Shown in pieces: positions 11,701-26,700 of a stretch of 64,000 nt of DNA. Position numbers and translations under genes: made by a program. Within the stretch, counting starts at the first letter, position 1. Every line of letters begins with the position of its first letter. Source of the DNA: Botryllus schlosseri (Eukaryota); the NCBI GenBank assembly GCA_051294905.1, contig CM119380.1, positions 23,064,001-23,128,000 of the forward strand. Direction: 5' to 3'. A model generated the notes under the pieces. It saw only the letters and a list, made by a program, of their open reading frames with translations, was not told the origin of the DNA and made no database searches.

Positions 11701-14700
11701 AATCTTTATAAGTTTCTTCAATGTGGGCAGCATGCAACATAAGAACAACGTTTTGATGTATGGTGCAGACACATACTGCATGTGTTCCAGATGATCCTGC
11801 ACTAACACACCATTTTGGCCTCAATTCACAAAATTTAGTGAATCCAATCTTCACATGCGGGTTTTGCTGTTTAAACAAGGTATACAATTCTTTCAGAGTA
11901 CACAAAAGTAGACGTTTTTGTTTATACACCTTCTTTTTAATGCTAACTCGGTCTTTCATCCCTGGCATCAACCTGCTGTGTTCGTTGTTTTCAAAAAACT
12001 TCACAACTGTTTCAATTGTTTCATCTGAAAGCATCTTCCCTTTTCGTGGTGGTGGTAAAGAAAAAACTCCATTTTCTTTTCGTTGCTCTTTCGCATGTCT
12101 CACTAACCTTTCACTTACTCCAAAAATTTCCGAGATTTTCTTTCTTGGCCAATTTTCTGGAGCCATTGTTAAGACTTGAATTTTTTGAGCTCTTGTTGAA
12201 TTAGGGCTACTGATTTTTTCTTTCATTTCTGATATGATATTTTCAAAAGCAGCTTCATTTTCATATTCCTCTTTTCCCGTCTCTACTAATTCTTGAATCT
12301 CATCAACATGTAAAACCGTGGCAAGCTTTGTTCTAACATTGAGATTCAATTCTTCTAATTTTCTTTTGCCGTATCTGATTTTCCGATTACCAGAAAGAGC
12401 ATGCAGCTTTAGTGGAGATTCACCAACAGCATGAAGACTCTTATTTAGAGATGATAGTGAGGAATCTGCTTCAAACTGTGATTGTATTTCTTCCAACTCA
12501 CTTCCACTAGTACTCAATGATGTATCAGGATTGCCTTCAAGCTTTTTTTCCATTTTATATCTGCAATTGTTGCACAGTTTCCTGCCCGGAATTATATTCA
12601 AGCTACTGTCGTGGTGCTTAATTCGTTTAAACCAGTTCAAAGAAATGATGCCTAGTTGTTTTTTGATAGGTCTTGTGTGGCCTTCAAATACATCACAGCA
12701 GGATTTATATGATGCAGAATAAGTGTCAAGAAATTTATACTTGTGAAACGTGCAAATTGTACCAGTAGTCAGAAGATCAGCACCGGTACTAGTATTGATG
12801 TTGCATTCTGCTCCAACCCGGATTTTCAGAAGCTCTCGTTCTTCATCATTTAGATCATCCAGTGACACTAATTTTTGCTTTTGATATCGGTAGGCCTTTA
12901 TGTGACAAACAGCTTCCAAAACAGAGCCTATACTACAAGTATCCATACTACAAACATAAGTCTTAATCCAATACCGTGCAGCCTGTAAAAGTAAAATTGT
13001 AATAACATTTCAAAATACAAATATTTTTTCAACACTTTTTTACAACAAATTTTTCTAATATAATGATTCTTTAGCGAGGAAAGTTATTGTTGATTTTGAA
13101 AGTCCTTGTCAAGAGCTTTCCAATGACAATTAACACTTGATGACATCACCTCTCAGCCAAAAGATATTTGCAATTAAATATGACGTCACACATGAGTGAT
13201 TTTTGAAGACATTAACAGATTCACGGGGTTAAAGGTCAGACTATGCAACCCCAGGTGTCAAAGAAGGGGGCAAAGTATCAAGTAGGATGTAAATGACCAA
13301 GTGTGGAAGTTTCACCCTCAACAACCTCAATTTGACCAAAATATAGCAAATTTCAATTACATGTGTAAATTTCGGACATTTTTTCCGCTTGAGCGATCAC
13401 AAAAACTGCAATTTTTGAATGGCCACATCTTCGGTTGTGCTCGACCGATTTTCACAAAATTTGTTTTTCTGAAATCAGAAAACAAAGCTCTGTAATCATG
13501 CCAATTTTCATGTCGGCTCGAGATGGTGGGGGATATGGCTTGGATCACTTGACATGATCTGACCCTGTATTGTTTATATTTTCAGAAGCTTATCGCATTC
13601 CATTGTTGGTACTTGAAAATTGGTTGTTATCCATTAAAGAAGATAGAGGTAAGCGAGCAAGCGCGAACAATGTTGATGGCGATATCGACTTCGCCAGTCA
13701 ACACATGTCATTTGATATTCATTGTCTGTGTATTTTGTCTGCCTTCTCTTGTTCTTTTTCACTCTCGGTGTGCATTTTGCAAGCCTCATATTTAACATTT
13801 TCATCTTCATTATCATAAAAAGGTGGGTGTTTGATCGATTGACTCTTCCAAATACTTCTGTCTCCTATCTTTTCCCTGTATTCCAGTTTTATGTTGTTTT
13901 GAATTTACGATTATTATATCAAAATGTACTATTCTTAGGATTAAATCATTGAAAGAATACAATAATAAATTTATGTAGCATACTGAACCCTTGGAGAGAA
14001 TGCCACTTCAGTTTCAGGGCATTAAAAAAACATCAGGTTGTAAAACTATATGATGCTGAAGCCGAAACTGTTAATATATATTTCTGAAATCCAGTGTCCT
14101 ATCAACACGGAGTCGATTTAAAGTTGGTCAAACTGATTGGTTATTGAATGCTTTCCGTAGTGGTAAAGATTAAAGAAACTAACCTGTCTATATATATATA
14201 TATATAAAAAAAACTTTTAGTTCTGCATAGGCCAGGGTTATAACCTGGATCACAATTTTGTTGTGACTCGACTTGACTCTTGAATATATGGATAATGACT
14301 TAAATGGATTCAAGTCGTACGTCGATAGTGATCTCTGTTGACTCATATATTTTCACATATTATCTCGCACTGATTTAGCTATGTGACAGTCCCTCATTGT
14401 TGCATGGATGGCACTTGAAAAGAGCTTCTACGGTACGGAGGCACTACATGACATCAGTCTAGTGCAAGTTTGTGCATTCATGGCCATTGTACACTGTGTA
14501 TAACTCCCGCACAGTATGGCACACGTCTCAATTGAAATTGGTATCACTATAGTAACTACCATAATGTAGTTTGTTTAAATTCTTTAACTAATTTATAATG
14601 AACAATCAGCTTGTTTTCTAGGCCATTGCCCCATGGCCTTTTAGGTAGGCCATGATTCGCCGTAATCTGTAGTGGAGGGTGTTCAAATCCCCACTCTCAA

Positions 14701-17700
14701 ATACTGAAGAGGAAGGTCGGAGCGTGTATATGACTGCCGTTCAGCCTTCGGCGTTACTGGTTCAAATGCTATTACGTTTTCATGTTGATAATTCGTTGAC
14801 AACGCACAATCCATCGCATGAAATTGAATTGGATCGTAAATGAAATCTACGCCTTGCCAAGGGTCGATCTCAAGTACATCTGCACCATGTTGATAATCAT
14901 TTTTATTCTTCGTAGGTAGCGGAAAGCGCGTAAAAGTTCTTCATCTTCCTTCACAAGACCTCCCCCCTGAACTTGACGAAGAGACTTACATTGAAAGCAC
15001 CGAAGGTGAGCCATAGCATATTTTGCTGTAATTTTGATTTATCCCACACTGGACAATTGGTGCACACTTGATGTAATGCATTAGTTATCAGTTCGGGCAA
15101 GTTTTTGCGACTTTTGCAACTTTTTTTACAGCTTCCGACAGCTTCCTAGATACTCATAGTTTATGTACTATGATGTTTGAAGCTGTCTGGAGGGATTTTA
15201 TAGTGCAACTTGTTGCAACTTTTCTCTATTTTTCATACCAATTTTTACTGTAACTTTTATCAAATATTGCGTCAAAATGTAACGAAGTTGATTAAAAACA
15301 TGCTATAAACTATTTCTAGTATGGTTCTATTCTCTTTGATTTGTATAACAAAGAGCTATATGATGGGTTAGCTTCATGCCACTGTGTTATCCATGACACA
15401 ATGGCTTGCAAGCAAGAAGTTCAACTACCCTTGCCAAGCACGAACGTGTCCAATTAATATGTAAATAGATCGCGTTTATAAATTCTGTCGTGTAAATTTG
15501 AGATGGTTTCCCATTTCACGAACGCCCTGGCGAGACCGCCGAAAATTACATTCTCACTGGGTCACCTTATATAGGCTTATAGATTTTGTTAAGGTAGCCA
15601 AGAGTGAGTTTTTCTGCAACGCCTTGGTTAAGTTTGCAGACCTAGAGGACTTGAGGTGTGTTATATGACTTGTTTTGGGTGGAGGGGGTTATCGCTATGC
15701 TGTTTCGCTTTTTTTGGGGAATTATTCCCACCCCAAGCAATGTTCTTGCTGTGTACCGGGAAACGCCAGAATGTCCGTGAAATAACAAAGTAACAAATTT
15801 GACAGCTCTGCAGGAACTAGGTTATATACAATGGAACCTTTTGAGTATCTCATACCCTACTAATTCAACAAAAATTATAAATGCAAATTTTTACTGCAAC
15901 TTTTGTCAAAATTAAGTGCAACTTTCTTGTGATTTTAGTGCAACAAAAACTTGCCCTAGTTATCAGGCATGGTTTATTGGTATGTAAATTCTAGGAAATG
16001 TCTTCCTACAATCCCTGAATCACTTAAAATTCTGGTATTGATATTTTTTTACATACCCTACTTTTAAATATTGCCTTCTCAGGGCACATAGGCTGCGTAC
16101 CATGATAAAATGATGACCAATTCAACTGTGTCCATTTAATACAATACTTCTGGTTGATGATACTGCTACTGGCGGATACTAACCCTCATGCAGGAGTTGT
16201 ATTCTGTGTTGTGAAAGGCTTGAGATTCTGTCAATCTAACCGCTGGAACTGACAATGTTTATACCAGAAAAATCTTGCTGAGTGAAAAAGTTTCATCTTT
16301 TAAGATTTACTTCTCCATTCCAATTGTTCTGGTTCTAATTTGTTGCCTGCTGGAAGGAGTGTTTAATCTCCTTTTTGGCGTCATAGCAAATAGGCTAAGA
16401 AATTTTAAGCACACAAATATGAAAAAAATCAGCCTGTCAGTTATCGCTTTCTCAATTTTCGTGGTTGTGTCTGAGTGTTCGATGTTAGAAGTGAATTTCC
16501 ACATTGCAATTGAAGTACGGTATTTGATTTGGGTTTATTGTTTTGGTTGCAGTGATCGGGGTGTACAGTTCCTATTATTCCAGTAGGCCCTTGACCAGGT
16601 TTCAACGGCTTGTCAGGGTTCAATATTTATCTAAATTCTCTACACAGTGATGGGCATAAAATGTGTGTAGCGTATAAATATTGTGTGTAATATATATTCT
16701 AGACCGACTACCATAAAAACTACACATTACAACCTACATACTGTTGCCTGCAAATTTACTAGACCTTTTGTTAGCTATTGCGTAGTAAGGCCCCGCCAGC
16801 ATATTTGCTGTTATTAGTCGAGCTTGAATCCTGACATAACTTTCAGACTTGACCTTGTCTGTAAGTTGAAGTGACCTTCTTGGTTTAGAGCTGGATATTA
16901 TTGTGTATGGACTAATTACATTGTGAGTCTGAGATTAGCCTTTAAGATGAATATGTAATTATGCATGCATGTAACCATGGAACTTCCGAAGCCATATGGT
17001 ACATTGGAAAAATACATAGCCCTTGCATATGTCTTTTCCGGCCTATGTCAATAAGTAATAGTTAGCCAGTTGTGCTGTACACCGGAAAATACATAGCATG
17101 TAAATATGGCTTTTTCATGTCAATAGCTAACAGTTTGCCAGTTTCACTTTGCAAGAAAAAAAAACAAGGGGGATTTTGGAACTGAGAAATACAGCATAGT
17201 GTGACAATGTCAAGCACCGGTTAATATTCAGCACGTATCTGTTACCACGAACTTTACGTCGCTATCTGCAATACATCTGAACCTGCAGTAATAGTTGTTG
17301 AGCACCCTCATTGTTTTGGAAGTACTTAGCTGAAATTACAAGCCTCTTGATCCAGTAATTTTCGGTTGGAAGGGACCAGATTTTGGTACTCAAAGGGATT
17401 ATAAGCTTGAAACTATTGTAAGTCGTGACTCATTTCAATGAATAGTCTTGACTATAGCTTTCCATTTCCATTACTGATAGGCCTACAGTATTTGCCAGAG
17501 CTGAGGCTTTCATATCTGTTTAACCGCCAATCTTTTGAAATTCTGAAGTAAGTTCTTGCCTTTACATATCTTCCCTCTTCTCATCTTTGGTTGCAGAATG
17601 ACTGTTTACAATGCAGCAGCGAATTTGTAATCGAACGAAAACCTGCACATAGTAGTTATCAAGCTATGATAATTGTCCATTCATTTCAACCTTCTTAGAG

Positions 17701-20700
17701 TATACAACCCCACTTCTTTTTGCTATAACGAGTGTATTTCACGTTGAGATTTTGGCTCATGATCTGTATTTGCTTATGTAGATACAAATGCTGTAGTGAA
17801 GTTGAGATAATTTAGTGTGTTCTTGGTAAAGTCTGTGTATTTCTACTTGTAGCGTTAATGAATTTGTCCTGTCTGACAAAGTTTTAATATTTGAAATATA
17901 TATACATGTGTCAAGTTTCATTAAGATGTACCAGCGGCAGGAAGCTATCCATTTTGTAATATTGCAATTGGTTAATAATCCTCATCCAGAACGCTCTGTA
18001 ATGAATGCAATTTTAAGTTACGAGCCGACTCTGTGTTAGCTGACTACAGCATCATTGCAGTAGGCCTATTGAAATAAGTGGCGTTATCAAAATTGTTTCT
18101 TTGCCAACTGAAATGAAATGAGTAAATTGTGGCTCGATTTAACCATTCCTTTTGCTTAGGCTAATGCATAGGCCCATTGTGGTTTTAGTAGACTTCACCA
18201 ATTACTGACAGATAAGCTGCACTTTTCTCATTTCATCTTCATTCATCTTCTTGTACCTTACAGGCTATGCATTTTCAGTTGAAGTAGGCCTATGTCTATA
18301 AAATGTAGCTTCATTCACGACAAACATGAAACTTTTTTAGTATTATTCCTCGAATTATGCTTGCATTATATTTATGAGAGAGAGATGATATTCTTTTTCG
18401 CCTGCACCATCGAGATGCTTTGACGACGGAGTTGCGATACGGCCGCATGAGGTCATCTAGTCTGCGCCCCCGTTTTTTTTTTCTCCTCCATGCTATCCGT
18501 GATTGCTGAGCGCCTAGCAGGATAGCTGCGGATACCAATTTTCGAGTCTTTGGTATGACCCGGCCGGGGATCGGACCCACGACCTACCGCTCGAGAAGCC
18601 GGACGCTTAACCATTACACTATCTCGCTCTGTGCATGTGAGATATGACTGACAAGTATTGCGTCTTGGCCCTCTTAATTTACAAATTTACAATTTACATA
18701 AGTTTGAACACACTGTCTGTTTACACTGTACTGTACAATGTTCAGTACACACAGGATTGAATAGAAATATACAGTGTGGATGCTATGGAATTTCATTGAT
18801 TGGATAATGTTTCAGTACTCACCCAATGCAACTAGATACTTGTTTACAGTAGATTATTTTTATGGATTGAATGAGTCCTCTTGCTCATGCCAATTTTTAA
18901 TGGTATGGTTTGCCAGGTACAGGTCATAAAGGTGAAAGGTCATAGATAAATGTAATCGTAATCGCTACTTGAAAGAGGAACATGTGACACATGGTTTCTC
19001 GCATCGTGTAAAAGCAATGTCTATTGTCTACGGGTTTGGTTTGGATACAGGATATATAAAAATTTGTTATTTCAGATGTAAGAAGACAAGCCCTAACCCC
19101 AAATTGCCAAAAACCTTACATCTGAAATTTCACAGGATTTTGACATAAGCATAAACTACTGCTTATGTTTGTAAATGGTAATTTCATGACATAGCCTAAT
19201 GTCCATATCTTATTATTAGTGGACTGTGAGTGTATAATGCATTGTATATCTAAAGGTGGTAACGCGATGTAATTTGCATAGAGATCAAAAACGGCATACC
19301 CTGGAATTTTGTTTAAATGAATGTTTGTTCTACTATGTCATGACTAGTCTGAGAAATCGGAACTTATGATTGTATTTGTAAATGCCTTGAAATAGATATG
19401 ATGCATCATGATATTGATTAATATTTTTGTGTGAATGGGAGTGCTCATCGCTTGATTCATGTCACATATTCGTAAGGATGGCTGGCTGTCTGCGTTGTCG
19501 TATATCTAGCCATTCATCAAGTACAATAAATGTATTCTTGCAAGGAATATTTTGATTAAAGCAATCACGTTTTTACCATGAGCCAGCTATATAGTAATGC
19601 CTATTGAAACGAGATCATTCAAATATTCAATGGTGCGCCTTATCCTGTTATGAGTATTCATTCTGAATCAATGTTGTGCATCTTTGTGAGTCAGTGAACT
19701 GCGTCAATATGCTTAGTTCATAATTTTATTCTTACTGCATGATTTATGGTGCTCTCATCCATCTGGCGATATTCTAATGAGATGCTATCACTATGAGTCA
19801 GCATATAAGTGAATTGCACTGTCACAAATGGTTGTATTTTGTACTGCACAGGACACTGGCTACAATGGGCCACTACCTACTCTGATTACAATTCCACAGT
19901 ATTATTGCTATTAACTCGTTTATCGTGTATAGTTGACAGCTTTACACATATTCGGACTTAGCCACAAACAAGGTTCATGCTAAGGAAAATGAGGTTTTCA
20001 GCAATTGATACCCACGCTCGGCATTGTATGTTTACATATTGTGGCATCACCATTGCTGTGTTGTCAGAACTAGAAATGATTACTATCAGCATAAAGTTCT
20101 CAAAGTAAAACCAATAAACCATGCTATATGTTCTAGTATTTTTTGTATTTGCCGTTTTGAACCCGTAATTAGTAGCCTACCGTTTGGAACCATGTTTATA
20201 CCGTCCTCTTGTCATGCATGCTTTCTTTTCAATCCATGACGGAATTTGAATGACTTGATTGCAACAGCATTACAGTTTTTGGTTCTCATATAGTATGCTG
20301 GTAAGAATACAGTACAGTACAATACAGTACAGAACTTCAATATATATACAATTGAATAGTATATTCATCTTGACATGAACCCGAACCTTTTCGGCTGACA
20401 CTCGTTAACGGTAATCGTCAGCAACTAGTAGAGAATTCGAAAGTTATTTGTATATCATGAATCGTGTCACAAAATATGACAAAACATGATACAACTATGC
20501 TACACGCTATATGAATCCTAAAATTACCCATACATACTTGATACACTCAAGTGTTTCAATTATGATCAAGTAGAAAGTTTCAATTCAAGTTCGTGTCAAA
20601 TGCCAGATAGACTACTATGGATTGATGGTCAGTATATCGACATTGTGAAAAAAATTCTGGAACTGCATGTCTTTATTGAAAAAGTCTGAATGAACTTATC

Positions 20701-23700
20701 CGCGTCGGCAAAGTGGAGAGGTATCTTGGAATTGGACTGCTGTCAGAAGTTTTTGGCTTGTGGATGCCTGGGACACATTGTCTCCAACAGTTTTCCATGC
20801 CACTTAGTATGTTGCGCTTTCAGTTTCCGTTTCGTTCGTGTCTTTGACAAGATAGCGTAATGGTGAAGCGTCCGGCTTCTTGATCGGTAGGTTGTGGGTT
20901 CGATCTCCGGCCGGGTCAGACCGAAAACCTGATTAGTAAGACTGGTATCCATGACTTCCCTGCCTGGCGCTCATGCATTACTGGGATAGCTTGGAGGGGT
21001 GATGCAAGACTTAAAAAGCCGGAAAAGGCTATATCTACACCTTCCTTGTCCAGCTGCAAATGCACATCATGAACTTATGGCATGCATATGCACAGATCGT
21101 GTGTGTGTATATGCCGCAAAAACATCAAGGACAAAAATAAGCAATGTCCTTTCTTCTTTCTGGTTCCCTGCACATTATATGTCCACTTGTCCATTGTCCA
21201 GCATAGGCATTCCTAGTGTGATGAACCGGTGTTGGAAGAAAATATATCGCCTTCCTTTTGTTTGTAGTAGCTAGACTGTAGTTGGAACACATTGCCTCCA
21301 TACGTAGTGCTTACCCGAGTAAAATTTCCCAGCGTTCCATTAAATTGCACGCGTGCCCTATTGATGACTACCCCCTCGCGTTATATGCCAAAAATGTCCA
21401 TACGCAATGAACGAACTGTTGTCAATTTTTAGATTTTCTTCACCCCGACACCAAGGTAGCAAGACGGAGAGAGTCTTCCCCTGCTTCGGCTCTCGTGTGA
21501 GTGTCTCGATGCGCGTTTTCAATCCTGTCGTCACATGTGACGCGACACTCGCGTCTGCATGCGCAGTTATGTGATTGCATGTCCACGATAGTCGATGATT
21601 AGATTTGCATGTTTGATTGAAATAATAACTGTGGTTTAATTGCCGTTTGAGTGGATCTTATTATTGATTGTTCCAATCAAGAGTGGTCCAGATTATTTAT
21701 CATTAACGTAGCATCGTCGTAATCTTTAACGTTCTCGTGTAAGCCGGGCGAGTACCAACGAGTCGATGTCGAATTGAGTATTAATTATTCAAGTATCAGT
21801 CACCATGACGTAAGAATGTGGACGATGGGTAAAGTTCAAATAAGCACCACCTAACCACAAAGAAAGTACTGCTAGTTTCACATAATCAAGTATTTTTATT
21901 ACCATACCGATCTGTTGCGCTTTGTGACAATGCTGTGGGTTGATTGGTTCACAGAAATGCACTGACTGAAGTTTCAAGACTTCCTCGTTGGGGAATGAAG
22001 CAATATAACTCTAGTTGATAAAGTATATGTTAGCGGAAAGGAGTGTATATTTTATTACTCGAAAAAATCTGCAGTACTTGATTCGGATTCGTGCGCTGGA
22101 ATCATTGTGCCAAACACTACTTATGAGTAGTCGATACGCTTGCGTGCCATTTTACGATTGAATTTCTTTCACTAACCACTAACAGCGCCCGCGAAAAGTC
22201 TTCCGATCAAGCGGAGCAAACCGACAAGAAGAAAAAACATCTTCGCCCCCGGTCTCCGCGCAATAAAACCCACATCGGGATCAGTTACGACCCGCAAAAC
22301 CCGTCGAGAACCGACAACGCCGCCGGTTCAGTCGACACAAAGCGGCTCCCGGCTCCGCAGGCCACCTCAAAAAAGGTCGGCGGCGGCAGTGGCTCCTCGT
22401 CCGGTACCCAGTCCATCTTCAGCTTTGTGAAGAAATTCTCGAAAAGCTCACACGCGGCGCCGCAGGCCGACGCGAAAACCGGCCCGTCTCTGGACGGCAG
22501 CTTGGGTCGGGGCGTGGTAGCGCAGAAGCGGAGGGAGTACGAGGACTCGTTGAAACGCGATCAGGTCAAGTCGGTCGTCGCGAACCCGACTTTGGCCGAG
22601 TTGGTGGAGAAGGAGGGTTCCGAGAAGGGAAACCGGAAACTGCAAGGCCTGGTGGACAGGTCCAAAACTATTTTCGAGAAAGGGTAAGATTGTAGGTTGA
22701 CCACCCCTTCGCGCGGTTGATATTTCTGTAATCCCTTCTCCTGGGTCGCAGCGGTAATGGACTGTCGCATAGCTTTACCGTCACCTGGCATCTACACGAG
22801 TCAGAATTTTACCGATAACTTCATGCCTACACCTCGAAATCCAGATTGAAAACATTCATAATTCATGTCTGGCAAAAATCATTTAAAATCTAAATCCATG
22901 CTGGTGTCTGGTTGGTGTCTGGTCGGCTAGAAGTTGAGTACAAACCGCGAAGCTCGATTCAAGATCAAAGGTGGTCAGTCACAAAGTGTTTCTACTTTTT
23001 TGGAGTACTCAAGTAGGTTTTGCCGAGCGGTTGGGATTTTAGACTGCTTCTACTTCACTGCTTTCAGTTTTTCAGGCAAAACCAGGCCTAGAATATCTAC
23101 TGTCCTACTCACTTTGTAATTGCTACTTGGGGTACAAATTTGCGATGTTACCTCTATTTCTGCTTGGACGATGTCTACTCTGACTACCTTTCGTTCTGGA
23201 AACCACTGGCTGCTGGACCACCTCTGTCCAAGATCCTATGCCAAAAGCATTTTGAGTAACGCCGAGCAGTTTATTACTTTGGCCTCGGTGGTGATGATTC
23301 GAACTTGCGTGCCGGCACGGTTGTGGTGCGTCACATAATGGGACTCTCGGGCGTTCGGTGGCGATTTCACGGGGTGCATGTTCGATTAACATTTGTGAGG
23401 ATTCCTTCACGACGGATTGAGCGGTGACTTCAATTATCTGCATGCTCACACTGTTTATTAACCGTTCCAGTTGTGATTAACTGTAGTTATGGGTGATGGA
23501 CTGTTTTTCGATTATTTGTTAATCTCTATCACATGATTTCTCAAATTATATAATTTCATATCTTGTTCGTCGCACTGGTAGGAAGTATGCCACAGTGGTT
23601 GATTTCAAGGACGTTAGTCGACATGCCTGAGCTCTATTAGTTAGTGATTATATACTCGATCTAAACAGCTATTTTGGAATGCCAAAGGATGAAATGTGTA

Positions 23701-26700
23701 TTTACATGGTGTGGCTGTATTGCTTAGCAAATATAGTCTTGACGTGGGGGTGGCCACTGGTTGATGAGAAAATTCAAGGACATAGTGGATGTGTGTGAAA
23801 CTAGCTATGAAAATAACTCTTAGCAGTGTACCATAGCAAAGTTAAAGTAATCACACAGATTATCCAAATAAATTACAATATATTACCATACTTCGGACTT
23901 ATTCCATTTTATGGTACCCTCTGATATTCTACCTAGCACACTGGTTTCCATTTTGATTGCTCTACTAAATTCAACCAGCTTGTTAGTATTCGTTTTACTA
24001 CTGGCATCAGTTATTAAGGTAAATATGTATTTTGGTGCATATCTAAAAGTGAAACTGATGAATGTTGCGGCAGATAAGTGCAGTAAATTATAACTGAGAT
24101 AGGCTGCGGCATGCATACAACTACAATTGATCCAACTCTGACCCGCTGTGTGTTGAATATTTTAACGCCTCGTTCAAAGTGTCAAGTGATTTATGATAAC
24201 TCCTTTGATTGAATAATGAGATGAGCGGTACAGTTTGGAGCACTCTTGGTAGACTGCAAATTCGATCTTATTTCTTTGAATCCCTTCTGTGCAAAGCAGC
24301 GTCGTTAAGCCTTTGTGAGTTTTGGAGTTGTGCCGGATGTATGACTTGATCTTGTCAACTCATTTCTTGCTTCTTTGTGGGCACAGACGACAAATCCAGC
24401 AAGTGCAAAGGTCGCCTGTGCCAGACAGAAAATCAGGCGAAAGCGGAATTAAAAGGTCCAAATCGGAGAAGCCCAAATATCAGAAACAAGGTAAGTGATG
24501 CGATGTCATGCCGCAAACGATTTATCGCTTTGTAACTTTTTTACGACCTCGCTCGAATTCCAACGCTCCTTTTTTATAACCAACTAACGGTTTTATAGAT
24601 GCCCATGTTTAGTAGTGCATGGTAAATGCTGCTTGATATCCAAGAGGCTGTCTCTGAGTAAGTGAGCGTTGCTACTTGGGTAAAAGTAGGAGTGCTGTAA
24701 ATTTGTGCTCAATTACAAACGGAAATAGAAATTTCAAATACGTCAAAACTACTTGAAGGAAAGGAACGGTCAGGAAAGCGGTTTAGTGGTAAAAGTACGG
24801 AAGTTTAGAAAAAGCAGGTTTGGTCGAGGTTTTTTTTCGCCAGTTTATCACTGTAGGCTACTCCTGAAATAGCAAGATGCATCTTTGACTATCGAAGCTG
24901 CAAATAGGTTCAATCTTTGAAATGGCAATTACATTGATGAATATTCCGCAAAGTTATTTTGACGATTTAACACACAAAAGTTCTCCCAAAACCGAATAGG
25001 AATAGGACGCTGGACAACGAAGGTGCAGAAATAGCCTTGTAAGGCTTTCTAAGTCTTGCACCACCCCTCTATGGTATCCCGGTAGTGCTGAGCGCCAAGT
25101 GGGGTAGTGATGCACACCACTGTACCAGTGGTAATAATCAGGTCTTTGGTCTGGCGTGGGATCGAACCCACAACCTACCGATTAAGAAGCCGGAAACTCT
25201 ACAATTACGCTATCTATGTTTCAAAATCGAAAGTGTTTAAAGTCAGCAGCTTTGCTTAAAGACAGGAAGTAGTAAACACTCCAGTAACGCAAGTAGCCAG
25301 AATCTACTTGAGGTTGAAGTGTGTTGTTTCTGACTGCCTCCGTCGATTTTTGGATGACTGTTCCGTAAATGTTATCGTATCGTAGGAACGCTTGTTCTGC
25401 ACTCCAGTATCTTGTAATACCGCTTTTCCCAGGCGATCGGACGCAACTGCGGATCCCTCCGAGCAAGTCGCAAAACTTCGAACCGGCGCCCGTAGACGAA
25501 CGCGATCATCTTTATGCGAAAGTCAACAAGCGACGCACGTCTTCCGAACAATCGACCTCGCCCGGCCCATTTCAAGCTGCCTTCTCTCCGATATCAGACG
25601 TAAGATTTTTCGATTATGACGATCCCGAGTAACTGACTGATTGAATTCAATGTATTCGAGTGTTCGTAGTGTGCAGTAGTACTACTGTTCGTGACTTGCA
25701 GTGTTGTTTCATATCGCTGTTAGTGCTGGGTAAAATTGAGTGCATGAGTGATTAGAATCTGAATCGAATATCACTCATTATGACGTCATATGGGCTTGAT
25801 GATTGGGTAATGGGTAATTGGGAATAATTTATGATCATGTGCAACTGGCGTTTACTTTGTTCTCGCCTAAAATGTACAATACACAAGTCTACAATGTTCC
25901 CGCCTTCGAGTCTGTCTTTGTCTGAAACAACGCAAGTAACTACCTCAAACCAACTGTCACCTCCTCACCCAGCAATGTTCAATTTTCCTATGTGGATTCA
26001 GCACTGTTATTTACACCCGTGGATGTAAGGCAGTGGACATGTAGTGTCATCGGTATCCTGGTTATTGACTGGTGCCGTCGCTTAACTATCATCGATTGAT
26101 ATCAGACTAAGATCGGGAATCAAGACAAGCTATTTCACAGCTTACTCTGTGACGTTACTTAGATTTTGAACACTTTTTTGTGATTGTGTTTCTACTTTTC
26201 TACGGGATACTTTTGCGTTCAGGAGGATGACCCTTACTCCTTGCCAGAGGATCATCGTATAAAAATTCGATCTGAAAGTTCTCCAGCTACAGTCAGCAAC
26301 AGTCCAGGTGCAATGTTTAATGGATTCAAGCCATCAAACGACGCTAATTTTTTTGATTTTTTTTGTGACTCTTCTTCACTATCAGATGTCTTGATCAGTA
26401 GAATTTTATGCCGACAGAAGAGCCTACCTGAGTCGACAGCTTCAAATAGCTGTACCGATTTTGCAAATCAGTTCATATCAAATCAATCTTACCAATATGG
26501 TACCTTCCGAAGTTCAGGATCGCTGTGTAGATTCAAGCTGCTTCAGAATTGTCACTTAGCACGAAAGTTCTGTCGGCTTGTGTTTGCCACGCGATATTAT
26601 TTATTCCATTCAATGAGGACCTGCATGATCAGCTATGATTGTTTTATCGCACAACGCATCAAACAATGAAGTGTTTTACTATTAATGTGTGCGCCCACTG

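Noticed and set aside
10778-12722. Several + strand ORFs of 60-153 aa
   Set aside because: Antisense shadows of the transposase ORF, with no independent motifs
20848-20910. tRNA-like sequence (also ~18560-18628 and ~25150-25215)
   Set aside because: These are SINE heads with no acceptor-stem closure and a shared non-tRNA body; not tRNA genes
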